Source: Azolla caroliniana
Lineage: Eukaryota; Plantae; Polypodiophyta
DNA: 9,245 bases
Direction: 5' to 3'
Assembly (NCBI GenBank): GCA_043228905.1
Contig: JBHGNT010001379.1
Span: 1-9,245 of the forward strand
Below the pieces are notes generated by a model, which was not told the origin of the DNA, searched no databases, and saw only the letters and a list, made by a program, of their open reading frames with translations. The position numbers and the translations under genes were made by a program. Of this stretch, positions 1 through 8,257 are shown piece after piece (within the stretch, counting starts at the first letter, position 1; every line of letters starts with the position of its first letter).

Positions 1-2377
1 ACGCGCTATGGCCATTATGAGTTTTTAGTCATGCCTTTCAGGTTGACTAATGCTCCAACCACATTCCAACAAGCGATGAATGACGTTTTCCGAGATCAAC
101 TCGGTGATTTTGTTGTCATGTTCTTGGATGATATTTTGATATATAGCCGTACCTTGCAAGATCATGTTCAACATGTTCGATTTCTTTTGCAAAACTTGTG
201 TGACAACTCTTTTTATGTAGAACATTCAAAATATGTTTTTTTCCAAAAATCTATTGTGTACCTAGGTCATTTAATTACGGAAAATGGTGTTGAAATTGAA
301 CCTTCTCGTATTGAAAAGGTTAAACTTTGGCCCTTTCCTCACAATATTCGTGAATTGTGATCATTCTTAGGGTTTGTTGGATTTTTACGAAAATCAATTT
401 GTAACTATTCCAAATTGACTACACCATTAACTGACATTTTAAAAGGTCATCCACGTAAGTCTGTCAAACCAATTGCATGGAATGAACAACTTGACAAATC
501 ATTTGAGACACTCAAAGAGCATGTGTGTCTAGCTCCCACTCTTCTATTACCGGACCCTTCTAAGCCTTTCTCAATCGAAACGGATGCCAATGATTATGCT
601 ATTGGTGTCGTTCTTTATCAAGGCGGTCACCCTATTGCTTTTGAAATTAAGAAGCTTGATGCTACTCAATCTTGGTATTCAGTTTGAGAGAAAGAGTTGT
701 TTGCGGTAATACATTCACTTAAAACATGGAGGCACTATCTCTATGGAAATAAATTTGTGGTTACAACAGACCATCAATCATTGAAGTATTTTTGTGACCA
801 GCCAGATCTTGTTTGTCATAAAGGCCATTGGGCTGATCTTATGCAAGATTTTGATTTTCCATATGGTATTGCAAGGGTTCTATGAACACTGTTGCGGATG
901 CTCTTCGTCACATTAAAGAAGTTAACATGCTTAGCTTCACGAAAATAAAATCTGATCTTTTAGATCACCTTCGACGGAAATACCTTGATGACAGTTATTT
1001 TTCGAAATACTAGACGAAAGCCGAATCTGGTTTAGATGCCGATACTCGCACCCTACCCTCGAAGGCGACCTTTCACATTACAAACGGTTTGCTCTACCGT
1101 AGTGGAAAGGTTTGTGTTCCAGATTTACCAAACGTAAAACAGAAAATTCTTCATGAATGTCATGATGCACCATCTGCTGGTCATCCTGGAATACAACGCA
1201 CACTCGTTCTCATCTCGAGTACATTTTTTTGGCCTAAGATGCGCTCTGACGTGCATAAATACGTAACTCAATGCCTACAATGTCAGATTAATAAGTCGGA
1301 ACGACTTAAAGCTGCGGGTCTTTTACATCCCTTAGATATTCCCAACAACAAATGGGAAAGTGTCTTGATGGATTTTATTGTTAGTTTACCTCGTACACAT
1401 AGGGGTCATGATGCCAGTTGGGTTGTCATTGACAGACTCACAAAATTGGTTAGATTTATTCCTACCAAAACCACGGTAATCGCACAACAATTGGCTTATT
1501 AATTTGTTGATGAGTTATTTCATTTTTATGGATTACCGATGGATATTGTTAGTGATCGAGATTCCAAGTTTACTAGTGACTTTTGGACTCAAGTCTTTAA
1601 GAAACTAGAAACTATGTTGAGCATGAGTTCCGCACATCATCCTCAGTCTGATGGACAAACTGAACGAGGACATGCTTCGAGCTTATGTAGCAAAAACCCC
1701 TGCTAAGTGGGATCAATACCTTCCTATCTTAGAATTTGCCTATAATAGCTCTAACCATACATCCTTTGGATATAGTCCTTTTATGTTGATGTATGGTTTT
1801 CAACCACGTGCCCTAGTTGATGTCACGATTCATTGTGATACATTAGATAGTACACGCAATTTTTTGCAAGACATGAACCAAATGTTGCATATTGCCAAAG
1901 AGAATGTCAAGACAGCTCAAGATCGTGCTCGATTTTATGCTGATCAGGATAGACATCCTTGTGCATTTACTATTGGTCAAAAAGTTTTTGTGCATGTCCC
2001 TACTGACTCTACATCATTGTCTATGGGCAAGTGCGCTAAGTTAGCGGGTTGAGTCATCTGCTTATCACCTTGCCTTACCCTCTAACATTGGTATTCATCC
2101 TATTTTTCACGTTAGTCGTCTAAAACCACTTTTAGGCTCTGGTGATAACACCATCACAATCCAAGATCTGGTAACATTAGAGGATTTTTCTTACAAACCT
2201 CATGTTCCTGAATGAATTCTTGATTCTCGTACTAAATGTTTACGTTCTAAAGAGATTCGGCTACTCAAGATCAAATGGATGGATAAACCTATTGATGATG
2301 CCACATGGGAACGCGAGCATACTCTTAAGGCACAATTTCCTCACTTTATATTGCAAGAGTGCAATCATTTGAAGTAG
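1..2377 (+). pseudogene. pol: Decayed Gypsy pol polyprotein (RT C-terminal part, RNase H, integrase, chromodomain)
   Basis: RT: TRYGHYEFLVMPFRLTNAPTTFQ, FLDDILIYS (from 121). RNase H: IETDANDYAIG, TDHQSLKY. Integrase: HHCC finger HECHDAPSAGHPG...CLQCQ, MDFI, SDRDSKF (1551), DGQTER, IHPIFHVSRLK. In-frame stops at 358, 685, 1011, 1500 and 2213, plus frameshifts or deletions near 860, 1667 and 2045. Confidence 0.95.
2207..2347 (+). other. Chromodomain at the integrase C-terminus (pseudogenised)
   Basis: Manual translation PE*ILDSRTKCLRSKEIRLLKIKWMDKPIDDATWEREHTLKAQFPHF matches the plant chromovirus pattern P-x-x-ILD...KW...ATWE...FP. Not in the ORF track. Confidence 0.88.
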
Positions 2378-2384
2378 GGAAGTA
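2371..2384 (+). other. Polypurine tract of the Gypsy element
   Basis: GAAGTAGGGAAGTA directly before TGTTA at 2385, overlapping the end of pol. Confidence 0.8.
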
Positions 2385-2730
2385 TGTTATGTACACATAA
2401 CGTTGGTGAGGGTAGGTCACCAATATTTTCATTAGTGAAAGGTATGTTCACTAATGTTAAAAAGGGGGCTAATGATTGGATAGAAGGAATGATAAGTGCA
2501 TGCACTATCATGATTTGGACAACCAATGAATGGAGAGCCTTTTAGAAAGGCACATCTATTCAAGGGGTCTAGGAAAAGGTATAAATATGAGGCTTAGCTA
2601 CCCTCATAATCACATTACGTCGGAAGGCTGTTGTCTTAGACACCGGTGGTGCGGGCTAGGCTTTTGTGTCAACGATTGTGTTTATCTCTTCTAAGGTATT
2701 AGTCATCCTAATATCTGGCGGTACGGGACA
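2385..2730 (+). repeat. 3' LTR of the Gypsy element (~346 bp; alternative end 2857)
   Basis: Starts TG right after the PPT and has TATAAATA at 2580-2587. Termini TGTTATGTAC...GTACGGGACA are 7/10 inverted. The alternative end TAACA at 2857 gives a 5-bp inverted match. Confidence 0.65.
2580..2587 (+). promoter_or_regulatory. TATA box in the Gypsy LTR
   Basis: TATAAATA about 195 bp into the LTR. Confidence 0.6.
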
Positions 2731-2857
2731 TTGGTGGTAGGTTGGCTATGTGTAGATCATAGCTCGGGGGTGGTCGGGTGGAACGGGTTCTTCTATCCAA
2801 TCTATTTTCCTTCTTTTACTTTACTTTGGTCTATTGATTAGTAATAGTCTCTTAACA
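2731..2857 (-). repeat. Probable first ~127 bp of the Copia 3' LTR, interrupted by the Gypsy insertion
   Basis: The - strand reads GATTGAGGAGGCA|TGTTAAGAGAC, i.e. a Copia-type PPT immediately followed by TG. Confidence 0.55.
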
Positions 2858-2870
2858 TGCCTCCTCAATC
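2858..2870 (-). other. Copia polypurine tract (LTR-proximal)
   Basis: GATTGAGGAGGCA on the - strand, a variant of the common Copia TTGAGGGGGxx PPT, abutting TGTT. Confidence 0.6.
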
Positions 2871-2967
2871 TCAACTCGGGTCGATTCCTACTGGTTGATG
2901 TCTGCTTCGGCTGGTATCCGGTTTGGACGATCTCCGATGTCCGCTTTGGCTCGTACTCTCGCTTGTA

Positions 2968-4328
2968 CTCCCCCTCAAGCTTGGCAAGTCAGGGATCTTC
3001 AATTCGAGGTTTGACATGAATTGCCGAAGCTTGTCAGGGCGTAAGGCTTTGGTGAAGATGTCGGCCATCTGAAAATTCGTGTTGATGTGTTGAAGGTCTA
3101 CATCTCCGGCTTGTACGTGCTCTCGAATGAAGGATAGTGCAATTCAATATGTTTTGTGCATGAGTAGAACACCGGGTTCCGAGCCAGATATATACTGCTT
3201 ATGTTGTCGCAGTAAATGGGAGTCGGATCCTTGATTTGGACGCCCAGATCCTTCAAAATCCTATTGAGCTATACGGCTTCACATGCAACTATGGTTGCGT
3301 CAGGCCTGTATTCGCCCTCCGTACTCGAAAGTGCGACGATAGGATGCTTCTTACTACTCCAAGATATTGCTCCGCTACTTAGCAAGAAGACAAATCTAGA
3401 GGTCGATCGTCGATCGACTTTGTAGCCTGCCCAGCCCGCGTATGTGTACCCTTCAAGTCGTATTGGTGTGGCTGATGCATAGAGAACGTCGTAATCTATT
3501 GTGCCACTCACGTACCGTAATACTCGCTTAGCGCAATCGAAATGGATATCTTGCAGAGTTTGCATGAATTGGCTAAGGAGTCCAACTGGATAGCTAAGCT
3601 CGGGTCGAGTGATCGTGAGATAGATGACGCTCCTGATCAATTGACGATATTGGGTCGGCTCACACTCTTTTGTGCCGGAGTCGGCATCCAATTTATGGTT
3701 TCGATCGAGTGGGGTTGCCACAGATTTACACTAAGTCATCCTGAACTTGTCTAACAAGTTGAGGATGTAGTGCCGTTGGGAGATCATAATGTCGGCAGGA
3801 GTCCGAATTACTTTGATGCCTAGGAAGTAATGAAGCTCCTCCATGTCCATCATCTTGAATTTGTTGGAGAGGAGGGACTTCACCTTGTTGATGTCGACTA
3901 AATGCTCACCTCCAATAACCAGATGATCCATATAGAGGATGATGACAATTAGGCTTCTAGAGTCGTGTTGTACGTAGAGGGAGTTGTCGGATTTTGACAT
4001 TCAAAATCCAATTTGATGAAGATATTTCGTAATCTTCGAATGCCAAGCACGCGGTGCTTGCTTGAGGCCGTAGAGTGGCTTCTTGAGTTGGCACACAGAT
4101 TTCGGATGAATGCGCGATTCGAAGCTGAGAGGTTGTACCATGTACACCTCTTCTAATTTGCCTTGGAGGAAAGCGTTCTTGACGTCCATTTGGTGGAGGT
4201 GCCACCCTTTTGCCGCTGCGAGTGCAATTACAGTCCGCACCGTCGTCATCTTTGCCATGGGGGAAAATGTCTCTTCATAGTCGACTCCATGCGTCTTAGC
4301 GTATCCTTTCGCTACAAGTCGAGCTTTG
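2968..4328 (-). pseudogene. pol: Copia pol: reverse transcriptase and RNase H (decayed)
   Basis: KARLVAKGY, DYEETFSP, HQMDVKNAFL, LYGLKQAPRAW, LYMDHL (degenerate YVDD, 3923-3934), YFLGI, YLTITRPELSY, GYTYAGWAG, WSSKK...LSSTEGEYR, IYCDN, ADIFTKAL, ending ...PSLRGS. Broken into several ORFs by stops and frameshifts. Confidence 0.95.
4324..4328. repeat. 5-bp target-site duplication CTTTG (second copy 4991-4995)
   Basis: Identical pentamer on both sides of the TG...CA element. Confidence 0.95.
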
Positions 4329-4428
4329 TGTTGGGAATATGTCCCTCTAGTGGGAGGAAGAGCCAAGTGTTCGGAAAGCCGAGTGTCGAAGAGTCGAAAA
4401 CAGTGAGTCGACTGTTTGAGAATTTGAC

Positions 4429-4461
4429 TATTATTATTATTATGGTAATAATAATGATGAT
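4429..4461. repeat. (ATT)n-TGG-(TAA)n/(TGA)n inverted microsatellite in the solo LTR
   Basis: ATTATTATTA (4433-4442) and TAATAATAAT (4446-4455) form a perfect 10-bp inverted repeat. Confidence 0.85.
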
Positions 4462-4517
4462 GTTAGGAAACATGTCTCTCTGAATGGGGAGAGAAAGGAG
4501 CTGAGTTGATGAGGGAC

Positions 4518-4550
4518 TCGTGTATATAGCCAATTCGTGTATATAGCCAA
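4518..4550. repeat. 17-bp-period tandem duplication in the solo LTR
   Basis: TCGTGTATATAGCCAA at 4518-4533 and 4535-4550; related TGTAAATAG(CCA) copies near 4568 and 4606. Confidence 0.9.
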
Positions 4551-4990
4551 CTCGGGAGACTATACTTGTAAATAGTTTGAATGTGCACCCCATGAGGGCT
4601 AGGTTTGTAAATAGCCAGAAAGTTTTGTAAGTATATATGCAACTAGGGCAAACTTTAAGTGTGATGAGAACAGAAGAAGGTGAAGGTGAGTGAATTGTGT
4701 AAGTGTGTGCAGAGAGTGAGTGAGAGAGAGAGAAGCGTGAGCCGCGCCATAGCTGTGTGAGCAACAACAGACACGAAGAGCCCTGTGCGGTTGATCCACT
4801 CACAAGAGTGTTGTAATCCTCTCTGTATTGTATATCCACTGTCCTTGGTGAAGTTCTGTTGCCGTGGTTTTCCTTGTTTTAGGGTTTCCACGTAAATCTC
4901 TGTGCATAGCTGTCTATCTTGTATTTCTGTGATTCGTATTTCAGCAATGTCTGTTCATTATGATTTAAATTCCACAACGATTTCTCAACA

Positions 4991-6547
4991 CTTTGTAATG
5001 GTTTATGGAGCTGTCGACATTATACTTCACCTTGTAGATCCATCTGCAGCCAATTGCCTTCTTGTGCGGTGAGTGGGGAACAAGATCCCATGTCTCGTTC
5101 TTGCAGTGTGCTTGCATCTCCTCATTCATCGCTTCAACCCATTTGGGGTTCGTCGCGGCTTCAGAAAACATTTCCGGCTCCCGTACTGTCACTACCTTCA
5201 TCATAAAGGCGTAATGGTAGGCCATATAATCGTTGGAGCCGAATCGGCTTACGGGTTTCTTTTCACGGGTGGATCAACGGAGCTTCTCGTTTGTGGATAC
5301 TACAACTTTCTCCGCTCCATTTGTTCGGATCTCAAGGCCTTCGAACTCACTATCAAGGGAGTGAGTCAATTGGTTGCCGTCGAAGTAAGTCGATTCGTTG
5401 TCTTCATACTCCGGCATTTTCGCCTTGCCTTTGTCCAGCTTCGAACTCGGCCAAGATGTGCTTTGATCGCTCGAAGGCTCTTGTGGTTCACTAAGCCTTG
5501 TCGTAATCGGGCTTTCTTCGAACATGTGCATAAGGCGATCTTCATCTTCTATCTCTTGTTCGGCGGAATCTGGGTTGAGCAGAATCGAAGTCGAAGTTTT
5601 CTTTGGTGCGTACCAAGATGCAGACTCGTCGAGGACGACGTCTCTGCTTACTCGAGATTTTCGAGTTGAGAGGTTATAGCACTTGTACCCCTTTTGCTCC
5701 AGTGAGTATCCTACGAAGATACATTTCTCTGACTTCGGGTCAAGTTTTTGTTGCTTCTCGTCGGGGATGTGCACGTACACAATGGAGCCGAATCTCCGAA
5801 CATGCAATAGGTCCGGCGTCTTTCCAAAAAACGTCTCGTGCGGAGTAAGTTCATGGAAACCCGATGTCGTACACCGATTCATGAGGTATACAACCGTATT
5901 AGCTACTTTTTCCCAGTACGACTTCAGCACGTGCTTTTCATTCATCATGGCCCGTGCTACTTCGAGGATGTGCCGATTCTTTCATTCGACCACTCCGTTT
6001 TGTTGTGGCGTATGTTGACACAAAAACTCTCGCCGAATTGCTTCTTTTCGTAGATACGCCGTAAACTCATCTGAGAAATATTCTTCACCTCCATCCGATC
6101 GAAGGCACCGTACTTGTTAACTCATAGCTCTTTTAACTCCACTTTTGAATTTTTGGAAGTGTCCAAGTGTGCCTAGAGAAGTTGTTGATAAAGGTCACAT
6201 AGTATCAACATCCGCCGAAAGTCGCCGTTTCAGCCAGTCCCCATACATTGGAATGAATTACGTCGAGTATGCCTTTGCTTACATTCCTCTCCTTTGGAAA
6301 TGGATGCTGATGTTGCTTCCCAATTTGGCAAGCCGCACACACGCCTGCAATCTCTCTTTCTTTGAAGGTCGGGAGTCCGATGGCGACACCTTTCGAATGC
6401 ATCACCTTCAGCTTTTGAAGGTTTATATAGCCAATCTACTTCTCCCATAACTCTATGTCGGACTTGGCTTTCATGCCTTTTGCGAACATGGCCGATTTCA
6501 TCTCATGTGAGGCGAGAATGAAAATTTGGCCCTCTCCTCGTCCGCGC
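4991..6547 (-). pseudogene. pol: Copia pol: GAG-pre-integrase, integrase, linker and RT N-terminus (decayed)
   Basis: ELWEK*IGYINLQKL (WHxRxGH-like), CAACQIGKQHQHPF, VIHSNVWG, RCLRSDGGEEY, TPQQNGVVE*KNR, KLDPKSEKCIFVGY, VSRDVVLDE, WVEAMNEEM, TWDLVP, IGCRWIYKVK. Stops at 6436, 6205 and 5982, and a deletion near 6161. Confidence 0.95.
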
Positions 6548-7670
6548 TATCGTGAAGATTCCAGGCCATGGTAAGAAACCATGGAATGTCGGAAGAATAG
6601 GCGGGGTGGAGCATGTGCACTCACCCTTGTAAAAAAGTGTGAACAATAGGGGTGCCTTTATGGCGCCGAGTAGGAGTTAATTTGGGACAGAGAATCTCAT
6701 GTAAGTCGGGATTTATCCCACATAGTCACACGACTCTCACCTTGTTCTATAAAAGGGAGGGCGCGCCCCTTGTAAAAGGGTTCCCCTTTGTGGGTTCCAT
6801 TTTGGGTGTTAATAAACTTCTGTGTATAATGTTTATTTCTGTCTTCTCTTCATCGTGGTGTGTGTGTTGTCTCTACTTTCGGTTAGGGTTTCGGTGTCAT
6901 CTGTGTGCGTGCGTAGGTGGTGTGTTAGGTTGTGGCAGGTGGTGTGCAGGCTATCTGTGCCTTTCTTGAGTTCCTGCTTGTTGGCTCTCAGCACTACACG
7001 GTCCGGTATGTTTGCGTGTTTGTGGGTGTTGGCTTCTGTCGCATGCGAAGAGCCTGCGCGCTAGGTGGTTCGTTGGCAGGTTTCCCTTCTTGGCGCACAA
7101 GACCCCACTCGGCTCAACGAGCCCGTGCTCTCCCTGAAGGCGGCTTGGCACAGTAGGCGGTCGTTCAAGAAGAGGCATGCCCTAGACGAGGGTCCCGTTA
7201 CGCGAATGAGCTCGAGAGCTCCCCGATAGGCCCTAGGATGCAGGCTCCCTCTTCCTCTCCATGTGGAACTAGCATCGTAGCGAGCGTTGTGTATGTAAGT
7301 GTGTGTGTGTTTCTGGTTAGCGTAGGATGCGAGAGAGGGTGCATGCGTGGTCGCCGGTGTAGAGGTGCCGGCTGTAAGCGTGTGTGTATATGTGTGTGTA
7401 CGTGTGCGTGGGCGCAGTTAACCGGGTTGTGTCTCGTGCCTCTTTTGGGCCCCCTATACATACAGGCGATAGGGGCGACAAGGACGACGGAAAGGGCGCT
7501 CTCTGCTTCTCGTGCGGTTACCGATTGCGTTCGGAGAGTATCCGGGATTGAACCGGCCGGCAATGTGGTAAGCTCCGGAGGATTCGGGTTCTCGGCAGCT
7601 CCTCCCCTCCTGGTCCATGATCCTTGTGGTCCCACCTAGATCCGACATGCAAGCGCGGATTACTGCGACA
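6548..7670 (+). repeat. Putative 5' LTR (~1.12 kb) of a further LTR retrotransposon
   Basis: Copia homology ends abruptly at ~6547. The start TATCGT differs by two transitions from TGTCGC, the inverse of the end GCGACA (7665-7670). TATAAAA at 6748-6754, AATAAA at 6811-6816, GT-rich downstream tracts, and a PBS 4 nt after the terminal CA. Confidence 0.72.
6748..6754 (+). promoter_or_regulatory. TATA box of the putative LTR
   Basis: CTATAAAAGGG context typical of plant LTR promoters, followed by AATAAA at 6811. Confidence 0.6.
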
Positions 7671-7674
7671 TATT

Positions 7675-7692
7675 TGGTGAATCCGACGTAAA
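7675..7692 (+). other. Primer-binding site complementary to the tRNA-Trp 3' end
   Basis: TGGTGAATCCGACGTAAA versus the recalled complement of plant cytosolic tRNA-Trp(CCA), TGGTGAACCCGACGTGAA (16/18). It lies 4 nt after ...GCGACA. Confidence 0.8.
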
Positions 7693-8257
7693 AGGTGGTA
7701 AGGGAGGATGGAGTGTAGGGTTGAAGACTTCGAGGAGGAGAGTCGAGAAGCGGCGCATCGAGATGGGCGAGGTCGAAGAAGTCAACCATTACAAGGGGGA
7801 CGGAGGCCCACGAGTTTTGCCAAAGGCTCGACCGTCCAACATAAAGAGGAGGAGCGCCGAGTAGCTCACAGACTGTGGTCACCCCAAAGCGGAACGAAGG
7901 TGGTGTGTGATGGCACGACATCACAGCGGGAAGGGGGCGTGCAGACGAGACGGACGTGGTCGAGCCGGAGGCCAAGCGGGGCACGATGGTGCTGATATGG
8001 GAGAGGGTGCGGGACGAGCTGCCCTCCTTTACATGGGGAGAAAGACTGACCGGGCGAAGGTAAGGAATCGAGAAGAAGATGATCGAGAATACAAAACGAG
8101 TCCGGCAGGATCGGCATCGGAGCCGAAACTCTGGACATTGGAGAATCAAGCCCAGGCGGGGCTTGATCGATCATAAAGCGGATGTTATCCACCGACACCA
8201 CTAAAAGGGTCGGTGGCCTGGGACAAGTTGTTGAGAGACGTTACGAAATCGATATCC

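Larger units (their letters stand above)
1..2730 (+). mobile_element. Ty3/Gypsy LTR retrotransposon, chromovirus (Reina-like), 3' portion; 5' part lies outside the window
   Basis: Domain order RT-RNaseH-INT-chromodomain on +, followed by a purine tract (2371-2384) and TGTTA at 2385. Right boundary is 2730 (preferred) or 2857. Confidence 0.92.
4329..4990 (+). mobile_element. Solo LTR (662 bp), probably Copia-type, inserted in the host RT
   Basis: TGTTGGGAA...TTCTCAACA (8/9 inverted termini) and CTTTG direct repeat at 4324-4328 and 4991-4995. Removing it restores ...SINHYK-ARLVAKGY. No internal domains, PBS or PPT. Orientation is inferred from TATATAT (~4632), a GA-rich tract and a CGTGG...GGGTTTCCACGTAAAT U5-like motif (4863-4897). 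Confidence 0.93.
2731..6547 (-). mobile_element. Decayed Ty1/Copia LTR retrotransposon, host of the nest; interrupted at both ends and internally
   Basis: INT-before-RT-RNaseH order on the - strand, Copia-specific motifs, PPT-like tract then TGTTAAG reading leftward from 2857. Confidence 0.92.

Noticed and set aside
4312-4839. 175-aa minus-strand ORF with a poly-Ile hydrophobic stretch (and overlapping ORFs 4163-4483, 4599-4799, 4655-4891)
   Set aside because: They lie within or straddle the solo LTR. The hydrophobic run is just the ATT/TAA microsatellite, so this is not an env-like or membrane protein.
5073-6450. Plus-strand ORFs up to 198 aa
   Set aside because: Antisense shadows of the Copia integrase region with no recognisable motifs.
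6551-6560. CGTGAAGATT as the LTR start (mutated TG)
   Set aside because: A start at 6548 (TATCGT) matches the inverse of the LTR end better and leaves the Copia frame intact up to the junction.
6652-7639. Cys/Val-rich (+) and His/Thr-rich (-) ORFs
   Set aside because: Composition is explained by (TG)n/(CA)n tracts inside the putative LTR.
3205-7670. 11-bp inverted match TGTCGCAGTAA (3205-3215) with TTACTGCGACA (7660-7670), suggesting element termini
   Set aside because: The left copy is the conserved YCD codons of Copia RNase H, with uninterrupted coding on both sides, so it is a coincidence.
7675-7692. tRNA gene fragment
   Set aside because: Only the 3'-terminal ~18 nt including CCA are complementary, and there is no tRNA body, so this is a PBS.
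7454-8149. 231-aa minus-strand ORF
   Set aside because: It spans the LTR/PBS boundary antisense in GC-rich DNA and has no recognisable domain. Probably a chance ORF, though an antisense ORF cannot be excluded without a family consensus.
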